This document shows, piece after piece, positions 39,993-53,076 of a stretch of DNA of 64,000 bases. The stretch covers positions 2,691,696 to 2,755,695 of the forward strand of contig MU058540.1 in the NCBI GenBank assembly GCA_013265495.1, read 5' to 3'. The notes beneath the pieces are model-generated. The model saw only the letters and a list, made by a program, of their open reading frames with translations, had not been told where the DNA came from and did no database searches. The translations under genes and the position numbers were made by a program. Within the stretch, counting starts at the first letter, position 1; every line of letters starts with the position of its first letter. The stretch comes from Vicugna vicugna. Taxonomy: Eukaryota.

Positions 39993-40417
39993 TCACCTCC
40001 TAAATCTTAAGATTGAATCTCAGACTGCTTTAAGATCCTCAAAGCTTAATCATCCTGATTTTTTGAATGTTCTTCCCCTCTTCCAATTTTTGGAACAAGA
40101 TTTTCTCTCTCTCTCTCTCTCCGACCTGCTCCTCATTACTGAAAGCTGAATAAGCTAATGTAGAATTTTTTTAAGCACCAAGCTTTTGACACCTGCCTCA
40201 TTCTCCACAGCTCTGACCAAACGCCTGATGACCACTAGCAGCTCTTATCCTGGGTGGTCCCCAGCTCTGGCCTCATAACAATAAAACTCCTCTATAGTCA
40301 TACTCACTCAGTTAATGTGATTGAATTGAATATATGATAGGTTAAATGATGTAAGCAGGAACTGTGTACTCTAAATAGTAGGTATATGAGTATTATTATG
40401 ATTATATCTTTTCACTG

Positions 40418-40420
<3 letters not shown>

Positions 40421-40450
<30 letters not shown>
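40421..40450. repeat. (TG)15 microsatellite
   Basis: Read directly from the sequence. Confidence 0.95.
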
Positions 40451-40451
<1 letters not shown>

Positions 40452-40499
40452 CCCAACTCAGAGAAAGAGGACATGGTACCCACCGATATTTCATAATCG

Positions 40500-41720
40500 T
40501 AATTCTAGTTGACCTTTTATTTCACTTACCTAAAATATTCACTTCCCTTAGTTCTGTGACATAACATTCTCCTGCTTTTCTTCCTACCTTCTGAGTTTCC
40601 TTTGCTGATTCTTCTTCTGCTGAGCCTGAGTTTTCCCAAGTCTGGCTCTGTCCTCTTCTCTCTCCCCAAGGCATGTCAGTGGCTCCTGGGACTCCAGACA
40701 CAAACTGTTCTGATGAACCCCAAATTGATGATTTCAGCCCATATTGGTTTTCTGAGCTCCAGACCCATGAACGGACTGAGATGAAGCCTCAGCCACGTAT
40801 AGGAAGGAGAGCTCAAAACAGAAATAAAGGTCCTTGAGGTAGAAGGTTTTTCCCACACATCTAAATTTGTACCCAGTCTACGGCTACTAGCTATTTCAAA
40901 TCTCTTCTACCTTCTTCTGTTCTTTGATTTTACCAACCCTTCCTGCCTACCAGCTCGCCCCAATTAACAGATCCTTTCCCCTCTGACTTCACAGAGGCCA
41001 TTGGACAGCTCCCTCACCTTCTGCCACCAAATCCACAGACTTCTCCAGCCTTTTCCCCTCCTATTTAGGCCAGTTTCCTACCTGAGTTTGGCTCCTTTCA
41101 CTTCCTGGTTGCTCAGGGGCCTTTTGCCAATGAGAGTCCACCCACTCCATCCTCTCACCTTACCTGCTCTCTCTAGTTGCTGCTTCGTATAACATTTACA
41201 CATATTCAAAGGTTCCCTAACCTGAAAGCCTTTTCCTTTGACCCCGCATCCAGCTCCTGCTACTGCCCTTTACTGTTCCTCTCACAGCCAAATTTCACGA
41301 AGATTTATCTGTGTTTACTTCTACCATATTTATTTCTATGCCTCCCACATTTCAGCTCCTGTAACTTTGCTTCCTTCCCACAATCTGCTGAAACTATTCT
41401 TAACAAAGTCAACACAACACATTCCTTAATCCAACCGTCCTTATGCTGCTTTGACCTCTCTGCAGCATTTGTGATTACTGACCAGTCCCTTCTTCTCCTT
41501 TCCTTGCAGTTTTCCTCGCAGCAATATTTCATAAATGGTTCTGGGTGGCTTGCCAGGTAATTGCCAGCCCAGGGACTGTATTTTCTTTTTACCATCACAA
41601 ACACCTTGTCTAACTTACTCATTAGGTCTCAGCTCAGGGCACCCTTCCCCGTCCCCCCAGACCAGTCCCCACGGCTTCCTGTGCTTTGCCTGAGTAGCAA
41701 TTATCACAGATTGCAATTAG
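40500..41720. mobile_element. L2 fragments
   Basis: Pyrimidine-rich L2-like motifs such as TTTGACCTCTCTGCAGCATTTG and TCTGAGCTCCAGACCCAT. Confidence 0.55.
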
Positions 41721-44700
41721 ACATGTAGGGTCATTCTACACCCCCAGCTTTTCCCCTGAGTCATATCCAATTTCCAGGGACTTCTGTGGTGGCAAGACAC
41801 AGGGGAGGGTGGCTTTCAGCTTCTGAATATCACCTGCTACACTGCCAGGGCAGAAAGGTACCGAGAGCTCACGGTCCTCATGATGCTAGTTTAAAGGAAC
41901 CCGAATGCTCCCCTTCATCCTCCTCACACATTTAAATTTTTTTCCTATGTTTTTCCAGACTCTGTTCAAAATGATCATTGGAAATGATTAAAGCAGCAGT
42001 CTCTGAGGGTGGCCTAATAGTGGCCACATGATCTCTCTGTATGAAATTTTACCTAACAACCAACAACTGAAGACACCAAAACAGTGACCAGGGCCTTCCA
42101 CTCATCCCCATTCCTAACTCCACCCTAGAAGGCCTGATTCAGGCATCGAGGCACAGCACAGGCCTTGTATGGAATACATAAGCTTCTGAGCTCCCCAGCC
42201 ACTCTTTCCACAGTCTGGGGACCCTAAACAGAGTAGACTCTTGCAAGCCTTGAGTGTTGTCTCTGTATGTGAGTCCTTTGTTTCCCAAAGCCAAGAAAAG
42301 ACTCCTCTTTTAGCTGAACCCACCCTTCTCTGAGTTGAGATAACAAACATTTAGTTCACTGAATGGGGGGTAAGGCCATGGAGGAAAGAAATCCTGGGGA
42401 CGAAAGCCACCAGTTAATATTCCAAAGTAGCCTCCTGACATGGTGCCGTGGATAGGAATCGAGGGAAATACGGGTTTGAAGGCAATAGATGAATCCAGAA
42501 CAGCCTGATTTCCTTAGCAGAAAAAATAGATGTGGCAGAAGGAAAAACATCATTTTGCCAGTGAGTAGAAAAAGAAGAGTTGTTTCATCTTCAGCATTAC
42601 ACAGAGGAATTTCTGGGGGAAAATGTGAAGAGCTTGTGATTGGCTGAATTGCATAGGGTATGAATCATTTGGAAATATTAAGAAAAATAAAACATGTACT
42701 TGTGCCCAAATGTAGCTAGCAAGAAAGTTAATAACAATCACCCACATATCTCCCTTTAATTACCTAATTAATCTAATTACCTCCCACCATTTCTTGACCT
42801 TTCTCTTCCCACGTATTCCCACTTATCATTTATTACCTAAATGACACAACACAGTAACCCCAAACAAAAAACCCACAAATAACCAAGAGAAGCCACTCAT
42901 TTGAGAAAGACGCCCGTTATATTTTTGTGTAACTCTATATTAACATACCTTCTTCTTTTAGAATCTCAAACCCTGAGAGGCAAATATAAAATGCAAGAGG
43001 AAGGCAAAGTGACCCCATGTTTTTCTGCAAATACTATTCCTTCTCCAGAGGCCGGGAAGCCGACTCCAGAGGCCTCTTGCTTTGTTATAATCCCTCAGGA
43101 CACAGCAGAAAAACAAGCATGAAGTGTCTGCCTGTAGGTGATTAAACTTGACTCTACCAGGACAGAGTCTGTCCAGCTGCCTCCTCTCTCAACACCAAAA
43201 TATATCTTGAAATATGCTCTTTTTTGGCTTATTGAGAAAGATTTAAAACAGTTAAATATTTTTTCTCATTGACATCCACAGGGTAGATATCTGGCCTTTG
43301 GGGGCCCCAGCAGCTGACTTTCTCCCATGATCCTCTCTCTAAATATGCCTTTGTTTTTGGAGGTTCTGCTTTCTTATTCTTACTTAGACTTCCCTTTGGA
43401 GAGATAGCTTTGGAGAAACCAAAATAATTGGACTCCAGGGAGAGCTGAGTTGCAGAACTGAGGCTTAAATGAACTCACAAAATAATTCTTCTCTGTATGA
43501 TGTTTTTATTCCAAAATCTTGCTTAAAAACTGGTTTCTAATTGAAGTATTCTATTTTCTAATCATCATCATTATTATTAACAATCACAGATTGAGTACTT
43601 ACTCAGTGAACATTGTACTAGGCTCTTCAGCGAGGTTGACCTTCTGGCATCCATGAGAAACAGGAATTGTCACCCTTATTTCAGAGATTAGAAAACAGAG
43701 TGTCAGAAACAAAGGGCTAATTAGAAAACTGAGTGTCAGAAATAAAAAGGCGAATAAACAGGAAGCTAAGGAAGCTTAAGCCACAGGGCCCTCTCTTACA
43801 TGGGCCTCTTTCAAAGCCCTAAACCTAATTCTGAATCCATAAACTTGATTCTTCTCCTTTGGAAGAGCCTTCAAAACTGCATAAACTTTTGTCCCCACAA
43901 AATCTGGCCTGTCCCTGGTGTGGAGCCAGTGTCTGAACCCAGAATTATCTGACTTGGAAGGCTATACTCTTCACACAGAACTACTTACTGTTCATCATGA
44001 AATATGAGTCCAAAAATACTTTTGCTCCTGAAATGTGCTGTAGCCTTGAACACTCCACTAACCTTAACAGAGCACTCTGTTCTGACAGTACTTGAATCAC
44101 TCCTCTGGAGAATCAGGGACATCTACCAGCAGATACTCACTTATCACCACGTGGCTAGCAGGATGGGAGAGGCCCTATGAAAGAGTGGTTCAAAGGACAG
44201 GCTTTGGAGTTGGCTCCCTGGGTTAGAATATCCCACTTCACCCGTAGATGTGCATGCTTGGGCAAGTTACTCAACCTCTCTGTGTCAGAATTTCCTCTCC
44301 TGAAAAACAGGTTCAATAACAGTTTCTACCTTATAGGAGTGTGTGTGTATGCATGTGTGTGTTTACATGAATTAAGTGAGTTAGGAGTTTTCCAAATTGC
44401 AGATCATGATCCATTAGTGGGTCCTGAAATCAACTTAATGGGCTAACCATTTTTAAAAAATCAAATAGAATCAGAATACAATCTAACAGAAAACAGAATG
44501 CATTGCACACAGTCAGGGCAGTTAATTGTTTTCTGAAATCTCTGTTTCCATTGTGTATATGTATGAGTGTGCTGCACTGTTCTGTAAAATGTATTTCTTA
44601 TTGTGAGTCACCATCCAAAAAGTCTGAAAACCTCTAAGTGAATACAAAGTATATGGGGCAGTTTGTGAGCCCTCAGTAAATATCACTCATTATCATAGCG

Positions 44701-45498
44701 CCCCCTGGGGAGTAGCCACAGGTGGGCTTAATGTCGTCCAAATACTTCGTGTTATCTGTTGTCTCATGATATCCTAATATTCTTTACAAAACAATAATTA
44801 TAAAATCATGCATGTGCGTGTAGAAAGTTAGAAAATCCAAATAGGCAAAAATAAGGCCGTATTATCATCCCATTACCAGAGATGACCACTGTTAACATCT
44901 CAGTGAATAGCAATCTGAATCTTTTTCTATACACATACATTTTAACTTAAATAAAATCATATCTTTAATATTATTTTATAATCTATTTTTTCAGAAAACA
45001 GTCTCTTCCTTTCTACTCTTGTAAACTTTCATTTTGTCTAATCTCCAGGCTATATTCAAAATTTCCCCAAAATGTCCTTAGCACATTCGTTGAAAGCAGT
45101 ATTGGTCCAAGACTGTTCATTGATCTGGTTGTTATGGTCCTTAATGTCTTTGTCATGACTTTGACTTTCAGAGAGACCAGTCCAACTGTCCTGCAGAATG
45201 TTCCATTTTCTGATTTGTCTGTCTACTTCCTTGTGCCAGTGTTTATCTTGCACCCTGAATTTACTGTAAATTAAAAGTTGTATCTAAAGGTATGAGAGAC
45301 TCAATTTAAACATTTTTGGCTAGACTACAGCTTAAGTAGTGTGGTGTATTCATAGTACATCATCAGAAGACACCTCACATCTAGACTCATTACTGATGCT
45401 AAGATTCAATCAGTCTTAGGGGAATGAGAGTCAAATTCTTCTATTATGTGATTATATCAACCTCACTGCCAATTTGGCTAAAAGTCAATCAATGTGGT

Positions 45499-45655
45499 TT
45501 TTATGTGTGTGTGTCAGAGTGTGTGTGTGTATTGGGGCAGGGGGGAAGTCGTTAGGTCCATTTATATATTTATTTTTAATGGAGGTACTGGGGATTGAAC
45601 CCAGGACCTTGTGCATGCTAAGCATGTGTTCTGCCACTTAGCTACACACTCCTCT
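45499..45655 (-). mobile_element. Vic-1-type SINE with (TG)n-converted tail
   Basis: GGAGGTACTGGGGATTGAACCCAGGACC core. TSD CAATGTGGT at 45490-45498 and 45661-45669. Confidence 0.85.
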
Positions 45656-45782
45656 CTCTCCAATGTGGTATTAATTGGCACTATTTGTGTGTCCAGTTCT
45701 ATACCAACCATTCATTCAATTTTTAGCTGCTTTGTGTAGGTATAATTGACATACAATAAATGGCACATTTTTAAAGGGTACC

Positions 45783-47160
45783 ATACTGATTTTCTATTGC
45801 TGCTGTAATAAATTATTACAAATTTAGTGGCTTAAAACAACACAAAATTTATTGTCTTACAATTCTGTAGGTCAGAAGTTCAATATTGGTCCTACTGGGT
45901 TTAAATCAGGGTGTCAGTAGGGCTGTGTTCCTATGTGGAAGCACTAAGGGAGAATCCATTTCCTTGCCTTCCCCAGCTTCTAGAAGCTGCCCACAGTCCT
46001 TGGCCCATGGTCCCCTTTGTCCAACATGGTTTCTCTCTGACCATTCTTCGTAATCATCTCTCTCTGACCATTCTTTGTAATCTGACTCTTGCTTCCATTT
46101 TTAATGGCCCTTGTGATTACATAGGACCCACTCAGGGAGATTATCCGGGATAATCTCCCCATTTTAAGGTCATCTGATTCTCAATCTTAAGTCCATTTTG
46201 CCATGTAACATTCATATTCATAACTTCCAGGTATGAGAATGTGGACATCTTTGGTAGCCATTATTCTTCCTACCACAATCCACTCTTTGATCCTCAAAGA
46301 TTTATGTCCATCTCATATGCCAAACATACCCACCCCATTCCAAGGTCCCCCAAAGTATCAACCCATTAAAGCATCAACTCAAAGTCCAAAATCTCATCTA
46401 AATCTCATCATTAAAATCATCTAAATTAGATATGCTTGAGGTTTTGGATATAATCCATCCTGGGGCAAAATTCTTCTCTATCTGTGGGACTATGAAATTG
46501 GAAAATAAGTTTTCTCTTCCCAAAAGATAATGGTGGGGCTGACATAGGATAACAGTTATAGATGTTCCCATTTAAAAAGGAAAAAAAAAAAAAGAAGGAA
46601 AAAAGGAATCATTGGTCTCAAGAAATTTCAAAATCCAGACTTGTCAACTCCATTAGGTTTCAAGGCCTGGGAATAATTCTTCATGGCTCTCAGCTCTGTT
46701 CTCTGAATTTGAAGATCCATGCTCTGAGTCATCCTTCCTTTTCATTCTTTTTTTTTTTCTTTAAATGAATGTAGTGGGGATAAAACCCAGGAACTCATGC
46801 ACACTTAGCACTCTACCACTGAACTACACCCACCCCATCATCCTTCCTTTTTCATAAAAGGTACACATGTTTACAGCTGAGTAGTGTTATCAGCCTGATT
46901 CCTATCTGTAGAACTTTGGTTATACAACAGACTTCTTTCATTTTATCGCTCTTTGTCCCTTTCAGTTCAAGCTGTCAATGTTTCTGTTGGTACAAAATTC
47001 TCAAGAGCTTTGTGGGTCTCCTATGCATGTCATGGGGATTTACTCCAGTAGACAAGAAGCTCCTCTACTTATCTTTCTGGATAATCCCATCTCTTTCTTT
47101 TGTTGAAATGACTGAGGGGATCTATGAGTCACACCCTTAATCTCTTCAAAGAGCCTTTCT
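45783..47160. mobile_element. MLT1 (MaLR) LTR (to ~46277) plus adjacent internal sequence
   Basis: ATTGCTGCTGTAATAAATTATTACAAATTTAGTGGCTTAAAACAACAC start, CCTACCACA end, followed by MaLR-internal-like sequence. Confidence 0.75.
46745..46836 (-). mobile_element. Degenerate Vic-1-type SINE within MLT1-internal sequence
   Basis: CTCTACCACTGAACTACACCC head and poly-T tail. TSD TCATCCTTCCTTTT at 46729 and 46838. Confidence 0.75.
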
Positions 47161-49314
47161 GGTCTAATACAAAGAAAGTTGCTGTGAACATTCATGTATA
47201 AATCTTTGTATGAACATATGCTTTCATTTTTCTTAGGTAAATACCTAGGAGTGAAATGGCTGGGTCATATGGTGGGTATATGTTTAACTTTTAAAGAAAA
47301 TACCAAACTGTTTTCCAAAGTCATTGTACATTTTAAATTCCCATCAGCATGGTATGAGAGTTCCAATTCCACATCCTCACCAATATTTAGTATGGTCAGG
47401 CTTTTTCATTTTAGCCTTTCTAATGTGTGGATTACCTAATGATTTTAACACCAGTTGACAATACTTGCCTGAATTAATTTCATTAGAGCTTGCAAAATAC
47501 TGATTTACTGTTTCTATATTGATTAGCTGTCATTCTTCAGTAAAATAGAGCTTTCTCTCATAAACTGAGATTATGTAATTATCCTAAATATAGTTACCAT
47601 TAGAAAGAAGGTTACATGTTTAATTCCTTTCCTTTAATTGCCAATTTTCAAAACAAAGAGTTGTTTTAGTACCTACATACTTTTTGATTCAGGTAGGTCA
47701 TTTTGCAATATGAAAGCTATGACTATGAGACTCCAAAGAGCTCAAGGAAATTGCTCAAGGTCTCAATCTCACCCAATGATCAAGAATCCTGATAAGAGTT
47801 GGCCTCTAAAATAAAAGTCTCGGTTGCCAAGGTACTTTGAAGACTTGTCACAGTATGCCTATACTGGGCCCCAGCTTCCTAGTAACGTGGTCAGAGTCTA
47901 TTGAGAAACATCTCATCTCCCCATCATTAACTACCTCTGTGTCATCAGGGTCATTACCTGAGTGTCTCACAGGCTGTTGTCCTTCCCAGCACTTGCTGGT
48001 ATGAGGTGGAAGTTGAACACTGTGGCCCAACAGGCCTGGAATACTTTCCTTTGTCATGAAAGCCCCCTCTTTGACTTCTTTCTGAGCAGACTGCTTTTCT
48101 TTCAGAAGTTAGAATTACTTAGGGCTGATTCCTGGGCTCTTTTCCAAGCAAGGAAGGGGCAGAAAGTAGCAAGTAGCAGAAAAGCCAGGAGGCTGACAAC
48201 AGGTTTAGATGGTGGAGTCAGTACAGGACATGGAAGCTAAGGGGTAGACAGAGTGGTATTCAGCTGAAAGGCTCTGGAACAGAGATAGCAGTTGTTAAAA
48301 TAGTCAAAAACATCTGTGCTCTTTGGTAAATAGCTGCTGCTCTGCAACCCCCACCCACACCCTAGTGCCCATCTTCCTCCCACCCTAGCACCCAGTCTCT
48401 TCTCTCATCACCCTCCCATGATTGTTTTGATTAGCTAGGGTCCAGACCGAACCATGGTTAAAGATTCTGAACAACTCCCCTGGGTGTGGACACAAACTGG
48501 GTTGGAATTCTCATCAGTGTGACCTGGCATCTATATTCTAACTTGAACATGAACATAGTGTTGTCAACACTGTTGAGACAGTCTAGATGCTGCCTACCCT
48601 TGTGTCATGTATTGGGCAGGTACTGGTTTGTGATGTCACATGAAGTATTTCTTACTACTGAGGTTGAAAGTTTAAAAAACTCAGGCTAGGGCATACCGGG
48701 CAAAGGAGACTGAATGCAGAGGTACACAGCTTCCTTCTGAAAAGGAAAGATAAGATGACTAGGAGGTAGGCAGGGCCAGTATGCAGGCTGTGAGGGGTCA
48801 GTCAAGAGCAGCCGGGAAGCAGTGAGACTCAGATGTGGGGCACAGGATGGAGAGTTAGTATTTTGGAGGTCTGAAGTCCGCTGGGGACATAAGAAAGAAG
48901 CATGTGTATTCAATGTATGGTTCAGGCATGAAGGAATAATCACCCTTGCACAGATAAAGCAAAGAACTTAAGTCCTGAAAGTAGATGAGGTCCCTTATGG
49001 ACAGAGACATACAGGGAACCAGGAAGAGACCAGGAGGGAAGCAGCGGAGGAAACAGAACTCTGAAGGGCATTGAGAAGGAGGAGCCAAAGACTTGGGAAC
49101 TTGCAAAACCAGTAGGGAAAAGATAAAAATGTAAGAGGAAGGGCTCAACAGGTTGAAATATAACAGGACAAGTAAGACAGAGGCCTCCAGCTACCTGGGG
49201 GACCTCAGAAGTAGTATGGCCTGTGGTCAGCATCCTGACTGCAGGGGTCAACCCTGGCTTTGGTAATTCTGAATTCTGAGACCTTCAGCAAGTGACTTAA
49301 ACTCTTGTGGCTCA

Positions 49315-49445
49315 ATGTTCATAGCAGCACTATTTACAACAGCCAAGACATGGAAGCAATCTAAATGTCCATCAACAGATGATTGGAAAAAAAAGTTGTG
49401 GTATATCTATATCTATATTTATATCTGTATCTATCTGTCTATCTG

Positions 49446-49497
<52 letters not shown>

Positions 49498-49935
49498 AAT
49501 ACACATACACACAAAGGAATACTACTCAACCATAAAAAAGAATGAAATAATGCCATTTGCAGCAACATGGATGGACCTAGAGGTTATCATACTAAGTGAA
49601 GTAAGTCAGACAAAGATATCACATGATATCACTTATATGTGGAACCTAAAAAAATTGGCACAAATGAACTTATTTACAAAACAGAAACAGACTCACAGAC
49701 ATAGAAAACAAACTTATGGTTACCAGGAGGGAAGGGGAGAGATAAATTAGGAGTTCAGGATTTGCAGATACTAACTACTACATATAAAATAGATAAACAA
49801 CAAAGTCCTACTGTTTACAACAGGGAACTATATTCAGTATCTTGTAATAGCCTATAATGAGAAAGAAATGAAAAAGATATATATATATGTATAACTGAAT
49901 CACTATGCTGTACACCAGAAACCAACACAACAGAG
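49315..49935 (+). mobile_element. Younger L1 3' end, same subfamily as 25220-26630
   Basis: MFIAALFTTAKTWKQSKCPSTDDW and a shared 3'UTR motif TTCAGGATTTGCAGATACTAACTAC. Confidence 0.9.
49402..49497. repeat. (TATC)n tetranucleotide microsatellite inside L1
   Basis: Read directly from the sequence. Confidence 0.95.
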
Positions 49936-51057
49936 TTTCAAAAATTAGACGAGAGAGAAGAGACTGAGAGAGAGAGACTCTCTGAACCAAGTTTAAAAGA
50001 TTATTCATGCTATATATAAGCATGTGCTAAATTATGACAACCAAGGCACCAGCTACGTAAACTTTTTAGACTTTCTGGGCTTGAATTTCTTTGCATTGGT
50101 GTGTAAACTCTAGGAACTTAGAAAGAGGAAAGAAAGACAGACATGGGGGAGCTGAATAAATAGAAACCTCTTTCAGAACACAGAGTTAAGCACACACTAA
50201 AAATTGTGACACTGGCACTTCCACTCTGCCCTCTTCAGTTGTTTCTTGTAGTTGTTTTTGAGGCCAAGCTTGCTTCCCTGTGCTTGTGACATCCAGAGTG
50301 CAAGCCAAGGTCACCGAAATAAAGATTTCTCACCCCTTGGCTGCACAAGCAATCCTTTCATTCTGGCCTGGATCCTTTTCCAGACCTCATTGTGGGTCTG
50401 AGAACCAAATAAGGTAATACACTGAGGCAGGCATTGACGTTGAGGCACCACCAAGGCAGGAAGAGGGTGGAGCTGAAATCAGAAAAGGAGACTCAGGAAC
50501 TCAGCTGCCTCCATGGCCAGGCACAGCAGGGGAAGGACAACTGTTCATGTAACATGTTGTTCCTTGGGGTTCCCAGAGGAACGTGGGGAGCCGAAAAAAA
50601 CCTCACTCACTCCCCCAGAGACTCCAAAGGCACCCTTTCCAAATGGCCACAATTTCTGAGCATTGTTGCTTTCTCCACTCCTTTAGTTATCACCAGGCTT
50701 TAGAACCAGACTTGGGATTTGAATCCCATCTCTATCCCTTACAAGCTGTGTGACCTTGGGCAAATAACTTAGCCTCTATCCCAGTTTCCACTTGTTTTAA
50801 GTGCTACAGTTATATGTTATAAATAAAGTAAATTCCAGAGAAAACCAGATGGTTAAAATTATTCTACCTGTTGGGCAGGGAGTTGCTGCATGTGGTGAAA
50901 GGGTGGGGTGGGGGGGCAGGGATGTCAGGGAAATAGAATTACTCAAATGCCACAGGCTTCAGTTGTTATTTGATATCCTTAGGTTAAGAGAAATCAGATA
51001 ATTAATTGATAGTTATTGGAAAATAACTGTGGACCAATTTAAAATGAGAGTTTTAGT

Positions 51058-51165
51058 GGGGGAGGGGATAGCTCAAGTGGTAGAGCACATGCTTAGCATG
51101 CATGAGGTCTTGGGTTCAACCCCCAGTACCTCCATTAAAAAAAAAAAGAAAGAAAGAAAGAAAAA
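51058..51165 (+). mobile_element. Vic-1-type SINE with well-preserved tRNA-Ala(AGC)-like head
   Basis: TAGCTCAAGTGG A box, GGTTCAACCCC B box, then A-rich and (GAAA)n tail. Confidence 0.9.
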
Positions 51166-52417
51166 TGTTTCAAACCCAGGTTACATTTTAGGTATTTTGG
51201 CTCTTCAGTAAAATTCTTATTAATTTTCATTAAATATAACTATAAAAGATTAGACCATACAGAGAAACAGCCAAAAAAAGAGAAATCTTTTTTCTCATTT
51301 CTAGAGGTAAATGTTATTATTTTGGTATATAACCTTTCCTACTTATTTCTGTGTCTATATACGTGTGTATATACATATATATATCTGTGTATGTGTATAT
51401 AGGTGCATACACAAACACACACATATATATTTGAAAAAATGAATTATGCCTGCATTGTCCTGTAACCTATGTGGGTTTTTATAGGGGTTTTTTTTGGAGG
51501 GGAGGGAGGGTTAAGAATAGCTATGAATCCTCTTAAAACCCACTAAATGGCCACCAGCTTTGCCAGTTTACTTAGACACATAATTCCTCTTTGCTGATTA
51601 AATGTTTCCCAACCTTTCTGATTCTGTGACACACTTAAAAGGACTAAACTTGGTAAATGAGGAGTATAACCTGAATGGAGCTATAAACTATAACCTGAAA
51701 TGAACAAGTTATAGTTCATAAAATGAACAGTTTATAATCCCATTTGCTGGCCCTGCACCTTAAAATTTAAAACAAAAATAAACAATAAATGCTTGTGAAA
51801 CAAGCTACAGAATTTTATCTGGAGAATAAAGCTTTATCTGGGTATATTTGTTATTTAAATTCTTAAGTGTGTAGCAAGCAATCGGCAGCAATCAGGACAT
51901 GCTAGGGAAAGCTGAGAAGAGACCAGGAGCAAGGGGTGCAGTTCTAGGGGTCCCTACGTCTCGACCTCTCTCTGCTCTACGACCAAGGCTAGGACTGTTG
52001 CAGCAGCCTCTGGGCAAGTGTCGGGAAGGCTGGGAATGAGCGCTTCATGCTCATTTTTGATGAAGATTTATTGTCTTCTAAGTGTCAGGCTGGCTTCAGT
52101 CTCAAGACAGGAAGGGATCTTACAGCTGGGAAGAGGTTTAGGAAGAAGTAAGCAGTTAGCCTCTCTCTTCTGAATTACTGAATGTAAATGTTCTATAAAA
52201 TGCTACACTATTATCACATCAGCAACAGCATAATTATTTTTCTCTTTCTCTTCCAGCTCTCCTCTTGTGACTTCTCTCCTTTTCTTTTCTATTCTTTTTT
52301 CTTTGGACTTTTTAATTATGGAAAATTTCAAATATATTGAAAAAGTAGATAGGAGAGTATAACGTATCCCATGTACTCATTACCCAGCTTTAACAATTCG
52401 CAGCTCAATCTTGTTTT

Positions 52418-52550
52418 TTAACATTTTTTATTGATTTATAGTCATTTTACAATGTTATGCCAAATTCCAGTGTAAAGCACAATTTTTCAGTTATACATGA
52501 ACATGCATATATTCATTGTCACATTTTTTTTCCACTATGAGCTACCACAA
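52418..52550 (-). mobile_element. Short young L1 3' tip with perfect TSD
   Basis: 16-bp TSD AGCTCAATCTTGTTTT at 52402-52417 and 52551-52566. Confidence 0.8.
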
Positions 52551-52802
52551 AGCTCAATCTTGTTTTATCTTTACCACTAATCCACTTCCCCACCCCCATA
52601 TTATTTTGAAGCAAATCTAGCACACATCATTTCATATGTACGTGTCTCAGCATATATCTCTAAAACATCAGGGACTTTAAAAATCATTTAAAATTAATCA
52701 TAATTCCTTAATGTCATCAAATCTTTCACCAGTGTTCAGATCACTACATCTCTGTCCAGAGCCGAAACTCTTATGTAACATCTACAGATTTGATCTGTTA
52801 TA

Positions 52803-53036
52803 TGTCTTAGTTTGGGCTGCTATAAAAAAAAGTACCATAGCCTGGGTGGCTTACAAACAACATGAATTTATTTCTCACAGTTCTGGAGGCCAGAAGTCTG
52901 AGATCAGGGTGCCAGCATGACTGGGTTCTGGTGACTTCTCCATGTAACTTCACATGGCTGAAAGAGGGCTAGAGAGTTCTCTGGCTTCTCCTAATATGTG
53001 TACTGAAAAGGGGGTTTCTGGACTTAATTCCAAGGG

Positions 53037-53076
<40 letters not shown>

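Noticed and set aside
41950..42720. Possible second retrocopy or lncRNA exon ending near AATAAA (~42687)
   Set aside because: No recognisable coding similarity, TSD or poly(A). It cannot be supported without a search.
46032..46082. Short tandem duplications (also 43688-43742 and 31668-31698) as array-like repeats
   Set aside because: Two-copy slippage duplications inside repeat relics, with no repeat-spacer architecture. CRISPR-like systems are not expected in this mammalian DNA.
51058..51134. tRNA-Ala gene
   Set aside because: Mismatched acceptor stem, an A-rich tail and several diverged sibling copies in the window, some with TSDs, identify it as a SINE.
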